Positions 26,501 through 57,320 of a stretch of 64,000 nt of DNA are shown here, one piece after another. Location of the stretch: NCBI RefSeq assembly GCF_039654945.1, contig NW_027361819.1, forward strand, positions 2,170,001-2,234,000. Direction: 5' to 3'. Position 1 is the first letter of the stretch; every line of letters begins with the position of its first letter. The notes below the pieces were generated by a model that was not told the DNA's origin, did not search any database, and worked only from the letters and a program-made list of their open reading frames with translations. Source of the DNA: Dendrobates tinctorius (lineage: Eukaryota). Both the position numbers and the translations under genes were made by a program.

Positions 26501-29500
26501 CAATCACATCCAAAGCTGCATCATCCGTGCAGAGGACGGCTCCTAAGTATGTGACCCCCAGAGCGTACCAGAAGGCGGACAGGTTCCTCCAGTGAGAGCG
26601 GCTCTGGGCCCGGGTTTCAGGAGGTGACGTGCCATCCTCCTCCTCTGTAACACATGACACATATGCGGTAACAAACGGCTGCTGCTGCAGAACCTCTTCA
26701 TACATTACAAGAAGACATTTCATTTCTGCAACTGTAGTGGTGATAAGTGATGTTGGGACTTGTAGTGCCACCTGGGTCTAGAGCAGGCAGAATGCTGGGA
26801 CTTGTAGTGTCACCAGGGTCTATAGCGGGTATAGTACTGGGACTTGTGTCACCAGGGTCTATAGCGGGTATAGTACTGGGACTTGTTGTGTCACCAGGGT
26901 CTATAGCGGGTATAGTACTGGGACTTGTAGTGTCACCAGGGTCTATAGCGGGTATAGTACTGGGACTTGTAGTGTCACCAGGGTCTATAGCGGGTATAGT
27001 ACTGGGACTTGTTGTGTCACCAGGGTCTATAGCGGGTATAGTACTGGGACTTGTAGTGTCACCAGGGTCTATAGCGGGTATAGTACTGGGACTTGTTGTG
27101 TCACCAGGGTCTATAGCGGGTATAGTACTGGGACTTGTTGTGTCACCAGGGTCTATAGCGGGTATAGTACTGGGACTTGTAGTGTCACCAGGGTCTATAG
27201 CGGGTATAGTACTGGGACTTGTTGTGTCACCAGGGTCTATAGCGGGTATAGTACTGGGACTTGTAGTGTCACCAGGGTCTATAGCGGGTATAGTACTGGG
27301 ACTTGTAGTGTCACCAGGGTCTATAGCGGGTATAGTACTGGGACTTGTTGTGTCACCAGGGTCTATAGCGGGTATAGTACTGGGACTTGTAGTGTCACCA
27401 GGGTCTATAGCGGGTATAGTACTGGGACTTGTTGTGTCACCAGGGTCTATAGCGGGTATAGTACTGGGACTTGTTGTGTCACCAGGGTCTATAGCGGGTA
27501 TAGTACTGGGACTTGTAGTGTCACCAGGGTCTATAGCGGGTATAGTACTGGGACTTGTAGTGCCACCAGGGTCTATAGCGGGTATAGTACTGGGACTTGT
27601 TGTGTCACCAGGGCCTATAGCGGGTATAGTACTGGGACTTGTAGTGTCACCAGGGTCTATAGCGGGTATAGTACTGGGACTTGTAGTGCCACCAGGGTCT
27701 ATAGCGGGTATAGTACTGGGACTTGTTGTGTCACCAGGGTCTATAGCGGGTATAGTGCTGGGACTTGTAGTGCCACCAGGGCCTATAGCGGGTATAGTAC
27801 TGGGACTTGTAGTGCCACCAGGGTCTATAGCGGGTATAGTACTGGGACTTGTAGTGTCACCAGGGTCTATAGCGGGTATAGTGCTGGGACTTGTAGTGCC
27901 ACCAGGGCCTATAGCGGGTATAGTACTGGGACTTGTAGTGCCACCAGGGCCTATAGCGGGTATAGTACTGGGCCTTGTAGTGTCACCAGGGTCTATAGCG
28001 GGTATAGTACTGGGACTTGTAGTGCCACCAGGGTCTATAGCGGGTATAGTACTGGGACTTGTTGTGTCACCAGGGTCTATAGCGGGTATAGTACTGGGAC
28101 TTGTAGTGCCACCAGGGTCTATAGCGGGTATAGTACTGGGACTTGTAGTGTCACCAGGGTCTATAGCGGGTATAGTACTGGGACTTGTTGTGTCACCAGG
28201 GCCTATAGCGGGTATAGTACTGGGACTTGTAGTGTCACCAGGGTCTATAGCGGGTATAGTACTGGGACTTGTTGTGTCACCAGGGTCTATAGCGGGTATA
28301 GTGCTGGGACTTGTAGTGTCACCAGGGTCTATAGCGGGTATAGTACTGGGACTTGTAGTGTCACCAGGGTCTATAGCGGGTATAGTACTGGGACTTGTAG
28401 TGTCACCAGGGTCTATAGCGGGTATAGTACTGGGACTTGTAGTGTCACCAGGGTCTATAGCGGGTATAGTGCTGGGACTTGTAGTGTCACCAGGGTCTAT
28501 AGCGGGTATAGTACTGGGACTTGTTGTGTCACCAGGGTCTATAGCGGGTATAGTACTGGGACTTGTAGTGTCACCAGGGTCTATAGCGGGTATAGTACTG
28601 GGACTTGTAGTGCCACCAGGGTCTATAGCGGGTATAGTACTGGGACTTGTTGTGTCACCAGGGCCTATAGCGGGTATAGTACTGGGACTTGTAGTGTCAC
28701 CAGGGTCTATAGCGGGTATAGTACTGGGACTTGTTGTGTCACCAGGGTCTATAGCGGGTATAGTACTGGGACTTGTAGTGTCACCAGGGTCTATAGCGGG
28801 TATAGTACTGGGACTTGTAGTGCCACCAGGGTCTATAGCGGGTATAGTACTGGGACTTGTTGTGTCACCAGGGCCTATAGCGGGTATAGTACTGGGACTT
28901 GTTGTGTCACCAGGGTCTATAGCGGGTATAATACTGGGACTTGTAGTGTCACCAGGGTCTATAGCGGGTATAGTACTGGGACTTGTTGTGTCACCAGGGC
29001 CTATAGCGGGTATAGTACTGGGACTTGTAGTGTCACCAGGGTCTATAGCGGGTATAGTACTGGGACTTGTTGTGTCACCAGGGTCTATAGCGGGTATAGT
29101 ACTGGGACTTGTAGTGTCACCAGGGTCTATAGCGGGTATAGTACTGGGACTTGTAGTGTCACCAGGGTCTATAGCGGGTATAGTACTGGGACTTGTAGTG
29201 CCACCAGGGTCTATAGCGGGTATAGTACTGGGACTTGTTGTGTCACCAGGGTCTATAGCGGGTATAGTACTGGGACTTGTTGTGTCACCAGGGTCTATAG
29301 CGGGTATAGTACTGGGACTTGTAGTGCCACCAGGGTCTATAGCGGGTATAGTACTGGGACTTGTAGTGATTCAAGATTCAAAGAAGCTTTATTGGCAGGA
29401 CTAAATACACATTAGTTTTGCCAAAGCAGGTGTACAGAAGGGAATAGGGATAGGGACTGTAGGGATGTTGGGAAGGGGCTGTAGGAAAGGTGGATGGGGC

Positions 29501-32500
29501 AGATCCAGGATGGGGCTATAGAAGTCCATGGTATAGGGAAGGTGGATGGGGGGTTGGGGCATATCCAGGGTGGGGGCCATAGAAGTCCATGGCAAAGGGA
29601 AGGTGGATGGGGGGTTGGGGCATATCCAGGGTGGGGGCCATAGAAGTCCATGGCATAGGGAAGGTGGATGGGGGGTTGGGGCATATCCAGGGTGGGGGCC
29701 ATAGAAGTCCATGGCATATCATAGTTCTCTTTCTCGCAGTCTATGGCATGCGCTCACATATTGCGCTGCTATCTCCACTGCTCTCTCTTCTTCCCCCAGC
29801 AGGATGTATGTTTTCTCTTCCTCCTTCATGGTGATGAAATCCGGGAAGAGATGTGAGAGTCTCCTGAAGTGAGTGTCCCTCACTGCTGAGTACTTGGAGC
29901 AGTGTAGCAGGAAGTGGGTCTCATCCTCCAGGGCCTCCTGGTCACAGTGTTGGCATACTCTTTCCTCCCTGGGCTTGTAGCTCTGCCTGTGTCGGCCGGA
30001 TTCGATGGTCAGACAGTGGGCACTGAGTCTATACCGGCTGTAGTCTCACCAGGGTCTATAGCGGGTATAGTCCGGGGACTTGTAGTGCCACCAAGGTCTA
30101 TAGCGGGTATAGTGCTGGGACTTGTAGTGTCACCAGGGTCTATAGCGGGTATAGTACTGGGACTTGTAGTGTCACCAGGGTCTATAGCGGGTATAATACT
30201 GGGACTTGTAGTGTCACCAGGGTCTATAGCGGGTATAGTACTGGGACTTGTAGTGTCACCAGGGTCTATAGCGGGTATAGTACTGGGACTTGTTGTGTCA
30301 CCAGGGTCTATAGCGGGTATAGTACTGGGACTTGTAGTGTCACCAGGGTCTATAGCGGGTATAGTACTGGGACTTGTTGTGTCACCAGGGTCTATAGCGG
30401 GTATAGTACTGGGACTTGTAGTGTCACCAGGGTCTATAGCGGGTATAGTACTGGGACTTGTAGTGCCACCAGGGTCTATAGCGGGTATAGTACTGGGACT
30501 TGTTGTGTCACCAGGGTCTATAGCGGGTATAGTACTGGGACTTGTAGTGTCACCAGGGTCTATAGCGGGTATAGTACTGGGACTTGTTGTGTCACCAGGG
30601 TCTATAGCGGGTATAGTACTGGGACTTGTAGTGTCACCAGGGTCTATAGCGGGTATAGTACTGGGACTTGTAGTGCCACCAGGGTCTATAGCGGGTATAG
30701 TACTGGGACTTGTTGTGTCACCAGGGCCTATAGCGGGTATAGTACTGGGACTTGTAGTGTCACCAGGGTCTATAGCGGGTATAGTACTGGGACTTGTAGT
30801 GCCACCAGGGTCTATAGCGGGTATAGTACTGGGACTTGTTGTGTCACCAGGGTCTATAGCGGGTATAGTGCTGGGACTTGTAGTGCCACCAGGGCCTATA
30901 GCGGGTATAGTACTGGGACTTGTAGTGCCACCAGGGTCTATAGCGGGTATAGTACTGGGACTTGTAGTGTCACCAGGGTCTATAGCGGGTATAGTGCTGG
31001 GACTTGTAGTGCCACCAGGGCCTATAGCGGGTATAGTACTGGGACTTGTAGTGCCACCAGGGCCTATAGCGGGTATAGTACTGGGACTTGTAGTGTCACC
31101 AGGGTCTATAGCGGGTATAGTACTGGGACTTGTAGTGCCACCAGGGTCTATAGCGGGTATAGTACTGGGACTTGTTGTGTCACCAGGGTCTATAGCGGGT
31201 ATAGTACTGGGACTTGTAGTGTCACCAGGGTCTATAGCGGGTATAGTACTGGGACTTGTTGTGTCACCAGGGCCTATAGCGGGTATAGTACTGGGACTTG
31301 TAGTGTCACCAGGGTCTATAGCGGGTATAGTACTGGGACTTGTTGTGTCACCAGGGTCTATAGCGGGTATAGTGCTGGGACTTGTAGTGTCACCAGGGTC
31401 TATAGCGGGTATAGTACTGGGACTTGTAGTGTCACCAGGGTCTATAGCGGGTATAGTACTGGGACTTGTAGTGTCACCAGGGTCTATAGCGGGTATAGTA
31501 CTGGGACTTGTAGTGTCACCAGGGTCTATAGCGGGTATAGTGCTGGGACTTGTAGTGTCACCAGGGTCTATAGTGGGTATAGTACTGGGACTTGTAGTGT
31601 CACCAGGGTCTATAGCGGGTCTATAGCGTCCCCCTGACGAAGGAAGTTTTATTCCGAAACGCGCGTCGGGGCGCGTTCACAGGCATCCCCAGGCATCATT
31701 CTCCGGCTCATTAGGTATTATTTTATTTTCCGCTCCCATTACTTCTTTCCCCTCTCACATTGTGTGACACTCTCGTAGTGTCTTTTTTTGTTCACTGCAC
31801 TATTTTTTTTTTTTTCATTGCACGGTTCATTTTACACATTATTTGCACAGCTGTTGTTGTTATTATTCTTTATTTATTATTTTTTGTATACTGTGTTTAC
31901 ACAATTTTTTGGATATTCATTATTACATGGTGCACTGTATACACAATTCCTTTTGGGGGATTTATTAAGGTTCCATTAATATTTATTTTAATTTTCTTTT
32001 TTCATATTCCTTTCGAGCCTTGCCTTATGGGTATACATTTTACCCTATGTTGTAGGATATCATAATCCAATATTACGCATTTATTTGGGATGCCTTTTTA
32101 TTATTTTTTATTTTATTTAAGTGTACACCCATTTATATATTAATAAAGGTGTTTTTATCTATCCTCACGTGTTGCTGTATACAGTATATTATTTCTTCTT
32201 GGCACTCTGTCAGTATCATCTTCCACCATACTCATTGGTATTAGTACTGGAACTTGTAGTGTCACCAGGGTCTATAGCGGGTATAGTGCTGGGACTTGTA
32301 GTGCCACCAGGGTCTATAGCGGGTATAGTACTGGGACTTGTAGTGTCACCAGGGTCTATAGCGGGTATAGTGCTGGGACTTGTAGTGTCACCAGGGTCTA
32401 TAGCGGGTATAGTACTGGGACTTGTAGTGTCACCAGGGTCTATAGCGGGTATAGTACTGGGACTTGTAGTGTCACCAGGGTCTATAGCGGGTATAGTACT

Positions 32501-35393
32501 GGGACTTGTAGTGCCACCAGGGTCTATAGCGGGTATAGTGCTGGGACTTGTAGTGTCACCAGGGTCTATAGCGGGTATAGTACTGGGACTTGTAGTGTCA
32601 CCAGGGTCTATAGCGGGTATAGTGCTGGGACTTGTAGTGTCACCAGGGTCTATAGCGGGTATAGTGCAGGGACTTATAGTGCCACCAGGATCTATAGCGG
32701 GAATAGTGCTGGGACTTGTAGTGTCACCAGGGTCTATAGCGGGTATAGTGCTGGGACTTGTAGTGTCACCAGGATCTATAGCGGGAATAGTGCTGGGACT
32801 TGTAGTGTCACCAGGATCTATAGCGGGTATAGTGCTGGGACTTGTAGTGTCACCAGGATCTATAGCGGATATAGTGCTGGGACTTGTAGTGCCACCAGGG
32901 TCTATAGCGGGTATAGTACTGGGACTTATAGTGTCACCAGGATCTATAGCGGGTATAGTGCTGGGACTTGTAGTGTCACCAGGATCTATAGCGGGTATAG
33001 TGCTGGGACTTGTAGTGTCACCAGGATCTATAGCGGGTATAGTGCTGGGACTTGTAGTGCCACCAGGGTCTATAGCGGGTATAGTACTGGGACTTGTAGT
33101 GATTCAAGATTCAAAGAAGCTTTATTGGCAGGACTAAATACACATTAGTTTTGCCAAAGCAGGTGTACAGAAGGGAATAGGGATAGGGACTGTAGGGATG
33201 TTGGGAAGGGGCTGTAGGAAAGGTGGATGGGGCAGATCCAGGATGGGGCTATAGAAGTCCATGGTATAGGGAAGGTGGATGGGGGGTTGGGGCATATCCA
33301 GGGTGGGGGCCATAGAAGTCCATGGCAAAGGGAAGGTGGATGGGGGGTTGGGGCATATCCAGGGTGGGGGCCATAGAAGTCCATGGCATAGGGAAGGTGG
33401 ATGGGGGGTTGGGGCATATCCAGGGTGGGGGCCATAGAAGTCCATGGCATATCATAGTTCTCTTTCTCGCAGTCTATGGCATGCGCTCACATATTGCGCT
33501 GCTATCTCCACTGCTCTCTCTTCTTCCCCCAGCAGGATGTATGTTTTCTCTTCCTCCTTCATGGTGATGAAATCCGGGAAGAGATGTGAGAGTCTCCTGA
33601 AGTGAGTGTCCCTCACTGCTGAGTACTTGGAGCAGTGTAGCAGGAAGTGGGTCTCATCCTCCAGGGCCTCCTGGTCACAGTGTTGGCATACTCTTTCCTC
33701 CCTGGGCTTGTAGCTCTGCCTGTGTCGGCCGGATTCGATGGTCAGACAGTGGGCACTGAGTCTATACCGGCTGTAGTCTCACCAGGGTCTATAGCGGGTA
33801 TAGTCCGGGGACTTGTAGTGCCACCAAGGTCTATAGCGGGTATAGTGCTGGGACTTGTAGTGTCACCAGGGTCTATAGCGGGTATAGTACTGGGACTTGT
33901 AGTGTCACCAGGGTCTATAGCGGGTATAATACTGGGACTTGTAGTGTCACCAGGGTCTATAGCGGGTATAGTACTGGGACTTGTAGTGTCACCAGGGTCT
34001 ATAGCGGGTATAGTACTGGGACTTGTAGTGTCACCAGGGTCTATAGCGGGTATAATACTGGGACTTGTAGTGTCACCAGGGTCTATAGCGGGTATAGTAC
34101 TGGGACTTGTAGTGCCACCAGGGTCTATAGCGGGTATAGTACTGGGACTTGTAGTGTCACCAGGGTCTATAGCGGGTATAGTGCTGGGACTTGTAGTGTC
34201 ACCAGGGTCTATAGCGGGTATAGTACTGGGACTTGTAGTGTCACCAGGGCCTATAGCGGGTATAGTACTGGGACTTGTAGTGTCACCAGGGTCTATAGCG
34301 GGTATAGTGCTGGGACTTGTAGTGTCACCAGGGTCTATAGCGGGTATAGTACTGGGACTTGTAGTGCCACCAGGGCCTATAGCGGGTATAGTACTGGGAC
34401 TTGTAGTGCCACCAGGGTCTATAGCGGGTATAGTACTGGGACTTGTAGTGTCACCAGGGTCTATAGCGGGTATAGTGCTGGGACTTGTAGTGTCACCAGG
34501 GTCTATAGCGGGTATAGTACTGGGACTTGTAGTGTCACCAGGGTCTATAGCGGGTATAGTACTGGGACTTGTAGTGTCACCAGGGTCTATAGCGGGTATA
34601 GTACTGGGACTTGTAGTGTCACCAGGGTCTATAGCGGGTATAGTACTGGGACTTGTAGTGTCACCAGGGTCTATAGCGGGTATAGTACTGGGACTTGTAG
34701 TGTCACCAGGGTCTATAGCGGGTATAGTGCTGGGACTTGTAGTGTCACCAGGGTCTATAGCGGGTATAGTACTGGGACTTGTAGTGTCACCAGGGCCTAT
34801 AGCGGGTATAGTACTGGGACTTGTAGTGTCACCAGGGTCTATAGCGGGTATAGTGCTGGGACTTGTAGTGTCACCAGGGTCTATAGCGGGTATAGTACTG
34901 GGACTTGTAGTGTCACCAGGGCCTATAGCGGGTATAGTACTGGGACTTGTAGTGCCACCAGGGTCTATAGCGGGTATAGTGCTGGGACTTGTAGTGTCAC
35001 CAGGGTCTATAGCGGGTATAGTGCTGGGACTTGTAGTGTCACCAGGGCCTATAGCGGGTATAGTACTGGGACTTGTAGTGTCACCAGGGCCTATAGCGGG
35101 TATAGTACTGGGACTTGTAGTGTCACCAGGGCCTATAGCGGGTATAGTACTGGGACTTGTAGTGTCACCAGGGTCTATAGCGGGAATAGTGCTGGGACTT
35201 GTAGTGTCACCAGGGCCTATAGCGGGTATAGTGCTGGGACTTGTAGTGTCACCAGGGCCTATAGCGGGTATAGTACTGGGACTTGTCACGTTCCCGGCTC
35301 TGTGTGATAGAGACTGCTGGGACTTGTAGTGCTCTGCCCCCTCTCACCTTCCCAGTCAGACCCGGAGCTGCCGGTCACTCTCCTCCGCTCCAT
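17585..35393 (-). CDS. CLN3: Battenin / CLN3 lysosomal membrane protein (15 coding exons, about 435 aa)
   Basis: Exons: 35348-35393, 26569-26644, 26381-26471, 25714-25764, 25537-25616, 24589-24674, 24434-24506, 19693-19836, 19025-19146, 18894-18946, 18738-18806, 18596-18651, 18022-18115, 17793-17939, 17585-17704 (sum 1308 nt). Motifs [54 protein letters not shown] and C-terminal CaaX CRLS. AATAAA on - at 16923-16928. Confidence 0.96.
19203..19592. mobile_element. Palindromic MITE (PIF/Harbinger-like) in CLN3 intron 8
   Basis: Ends GGGCCCCGTCACACATA / TATGTGTGGACGGGGGC and many internal CAGCGATC/GATCGCTG inverted motifs. Superfamily assignment is tentative. Confidence 0.65.
19855..24415. repeat. 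40-41-bp AT-rich satellite filling CLN3 intron 7, interrupted by a hAT MITE
   Basis: Unit TATGTACAAGAATATAACTACTATAATACTGC(C/T)CC. Confidence 0.97.
22731..23384. mobile_element. Non-autonomous hAT element (MITE), 654 bp
   Basis: 14-bp TIR CAGGGCTGTGGAGT, 8-bp TSD ACTATAAT on both sides, and subterminal (CCGACT)n repeats. Inserted in the 40-bp satellite. Confidence 0.9.
24695..25490. repeat. 35-bp purine-rich minisatellite, CLN3 intron 5
   Basis: Unit GGGAGATCACAGAAGAGACAGCACAGCAGAGGACC. Confidence 0.93.
25950..26322. repeat. 18-bp C-rich minisatellite, CLN3 intron 3
   Basis: Unit CCCCCACCGCCTCC(A/G)TG(T/C). Confidence 0.93.
29369..30038 (-). mobile_element. 5'-truncated CR1-group (Crack/Daphne-like) LINE 3' end, copy 1
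   Basis: Minus strand reads [14 protein letters not shown]...ERVCQHC...[10 protein letters not shown], then a 3'UTR with ~61-bp repeats, AATAAA and a (TTGAAT) tail. Confidence 0.8.
31626..31674 (+). ncRNA. Minimal type I hammerhead ribozyme
   Basis: Stem I GCG(T)CCCC/GGGGCGC; core CTGACGA 31634-31640; stem II GGAA/TTCC; GAAA 31656-31659; palindromic stem III ACGCGCGT; GUC cleavage triplet ending at 31667. Confidence 0.82.
31626..32240 (+). mobile_element. Penelope-like pseudo-LTR or retrozyme-like insert in the 39-bp satellite
   Basis: Unique ~615-bp T-rich insert that begins with a hammerhead motif and has AATAAA near 32142. This layout is typical of PLE terminal repeats. Confidence 0.6.
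33102..33771 (-). mobile_element. Same LINE 3' fragment, copy 2 (offset 3733 bp)
   Basis: Sequence, junctions and ORFs match 29369-30038. Confidence 0.8.
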
Positions 35394-36604
35394 CTGCGCC
35401 GGCTCCGCAGCTTCCTGCAGCCACAGCACTTCCCGCTCCTCTGGCCACGCCTCCTCCTAGTTACTGTAACCAAGCGCAGGAAGCCTTAAAGGGACCGTCT
35501 CTATAAAGAGAACCATAGCGATTGAAGGGATCACGGTTGTTATTTTAGATTTCCCATCACTGGAGCTGAGGGTCCGAGGCCGCCACCCCCCATAACAGCC
35601 CCCAGCATTATCCCCCTCCACCATCTGTACAGGGGGCACAGTACAGTCAGGGGGTAACGTCCTCCTGGAGTCCCCAGACCCAGACTCCTCCATCAGAGGA
35701 CAGAGAGAGAAGTGGGATCCGTCACCGCACAGAACACGTCTCCTCCAGAGTCCAGTGGTGGCGGCTTTACACCACTCCATCCGACGCTCCGCATTGGGCT
35801 TGGTGATGTACGGACTTGAAGTTCCCGGCGGGGGTGCAGGGTTTGTACAGGGGAGGTCTGGACTCTGCAGTTATGGGGTCCGCAGAGCGGTGGTGTCTTC
35901 TGCCCTCAGTGCCCCCCGCTCTGTAACGTTACGGGGTCTCCAATTCGAGGCTGAGCTGCTGCGGTTCTTTCCTTTTTACGACTACAACCCCCATCTGGGC
36001 TTTAATCTCCCCGGCTGCAGTGCATTGTGGGACGTGTTGTCGCCTCTGCTGTGCGGTCAGTGTGACATACACCACATCCCATTACGACACGTGCGGCGGC
36101 TGAAAACATCGAGTCCTCTGAGCAGCAGCGGACCTGCACGAATCATGGCCGCACCATGAAGTGTTACCTCCGCCGCTCAAACTTACAGATTGTCCCGTAA
36201 AAAGAAGGAGAACACCTGGGGGACGACGGACAGAGGAAGCCATGTTGTCACATGAGAGGGGGTCGCGTACGACCTTACAGGGACACATTATTTTCAGACA
36301 TTGGAGACAGCGTGATTTAAGGGAGAAGTGCGCTAATCATTTGTGATCTCTGCAGACAGAGGCGTAAAATACCGGAGAGGGAGAACGGCGCAGTGGGCGG
36401 GGGCGTCTGGCCCTGAGAGGTCGGTGTCTCTGGCAGTGAAGGGGTTAGGGGGACAGAAGAGGAAGTGGATATTGTACAAGGAGAAATGCGCTGTGTACTG
36501 ACACATTGCTGCGGTTTTATGGCCACTTCCCGCGACAAAGTCACATCAGACAGAAGCAGCCGTGCAGAGAGACGGCCAAGAGACCCTCCAAAGGCGACGG
36601 GAGC
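35394..36604. promoter_or_regulatory. Head-to-head CLN3/APOBR promoter interval (about 1.2 kb between ATGs)
   Basis: Divergent ATGs at 35393 (-) and 36605 (+). GC box near 36395-36405 and PU.1/ETS-type AGAGGAAGTG at 36459-36468 near APOBR. Confidence 0.6.
35530..35995 (-). mobile_element. Highly decayed Tc1 transposase fragment inside the CLN3/APOBR promoter interval
   Basis: Minus-strand fragments GRPRNVTERG, EWCKA...WRRRVLCGDGSHFS and LPPDCTVP resemble Tc1 WRRVLWSDESRFS and YLPDCIVPTVK. Confidence 0.65.
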
Positions 36605-56071
<19,467 letters not shown>

Positions 56072-56329
56072 CCGGCGGGGGGGATTATGGTGAAAATACT
56101 TAATGTATTGTAAATAAAAATCATTAATAAAGATTGTCTATGAAATGTACGATGAGAAAAAGACCGCCACGTGTTACTCGCATCATTGTGGTCACTAAGT
56201 ACTGTGTAATAGGGGAGGTATTCAGTGACCCCCATCACATTACTCGTAACCCCTCTAAATAGTGCGTAATGGCAGTGCCGACAGATTCCGTATAGCAGTA
56301 CCTCCTACATAAATGCTTGTTCTCATCTA

Positions 56330-57320
56330 TTGAGCCCCCATAACAGCACCAGTCCCAGGGACCTCAGACAGTGTAAATAGGGACCCCATTTATTGCCAAC
56401 CAAGGAGCCCTTATAACATAGCAGTGCATCCCCAGAGACCGTGCCCACCACAACAACGGCATTTAGACCCCACCACAAAGCCTCCATAACAGTCCCTACC
56501 ACAGATCCCCCATACAGTCCCTACCACAGCATCCCAAAATTTTACCAATCACAGATCCCTCATAACCATGCTAATCCCAGAGACCCTATAGATTGTTAAC
56601 CACAAAGACCCCCCAGGGCCCATCACAGTGACTCCATATATTACTCACATAGAGACTCCATGGTTCCAACCGTAGACCCCATACAGTGCCCAAAGTGACC
56701 ACTATATTTTACTAAATATGGAGACCCCATACATTGCTAACAAGAGATCCCATATGTTACCAACCATAGAGCCCCCATAACAGCTCCAACCCCAGAGACC
56801 CCATATAGTGCCCATCACAGCGTTCCTATATATTTACCAACCACAGATCCCCATAACAGTACCAATACCAGAGACCCCATGCATAGCTAACCACAAAGAC
56901 CATCCCAGTGACCCCATATATTAGTAACCATAGAGACCCCATACAGTGCTAACCACCGAGACCCTATACAAAGTCCATTACAACCTCATATATCATCCAC
57001 AAAGCCCCCATAATTGTGGTAACCAGAAAGATCCCAATAACAGTGCCAATCTAAGAGACCCCATACATAGCTAAGCACAAAGGTCCCATACAGTGCCCAT
57101 CACAGTGACCACCTTATACTACTAACCATAGAGACCCCATACAGTGTTAATCACGTAGACCTCATTTATGGCTGACCTTAGAACCCCGATATAGCAACAT
57201 ACACCGATCCTCTATTGTACGAGCCACACCGCCCTATATAGTCTCTTCCCCAGTGACCTAGCATGGTAACAACCAAAGTACCCATGATATTATTCAAGTC
57301 ATAGACACCCATGGAGTGCC
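56330..57320. repeat. Highly degenerate C/A-rich tandem repeat
   Basis: Recurrent AGAGACCCCATACAGTGC / AACCA motifs. Confidence 0.65.

Larger units (their letters stand above)
26750..35330. repeat. 39-bp satellite (roughly 165-170 units in four blocks) filling CLN3 intron 1
   Basis: Unit CTGGGACTTGTAGTGTCACCAGGGTCTATAGCGGGTATAGTA, interrupted by two LINE fragments and the hammerhead-bearing insert. Confidence 0.97.

Noticed and set aside
25914-26554. Poly-Gly/His and poly-Pro/Cys ORFs resembling keratin-associated or cornified proteins
   Set aside because: Translations of the 18-bp intronic repeat between CLN3 exons 3 and 4.
26747-35329. Long ORFs (885, 570, 338, 560 aa on +; 515-aa mucin-like on -)
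   Set aside because: They are translations of a stop-free 39-bp (13-codon) satellite inside CLN3 intron 1. The - strand ORF is out of frame with CLN3 exon 1, and no splice or promoter support is visible.
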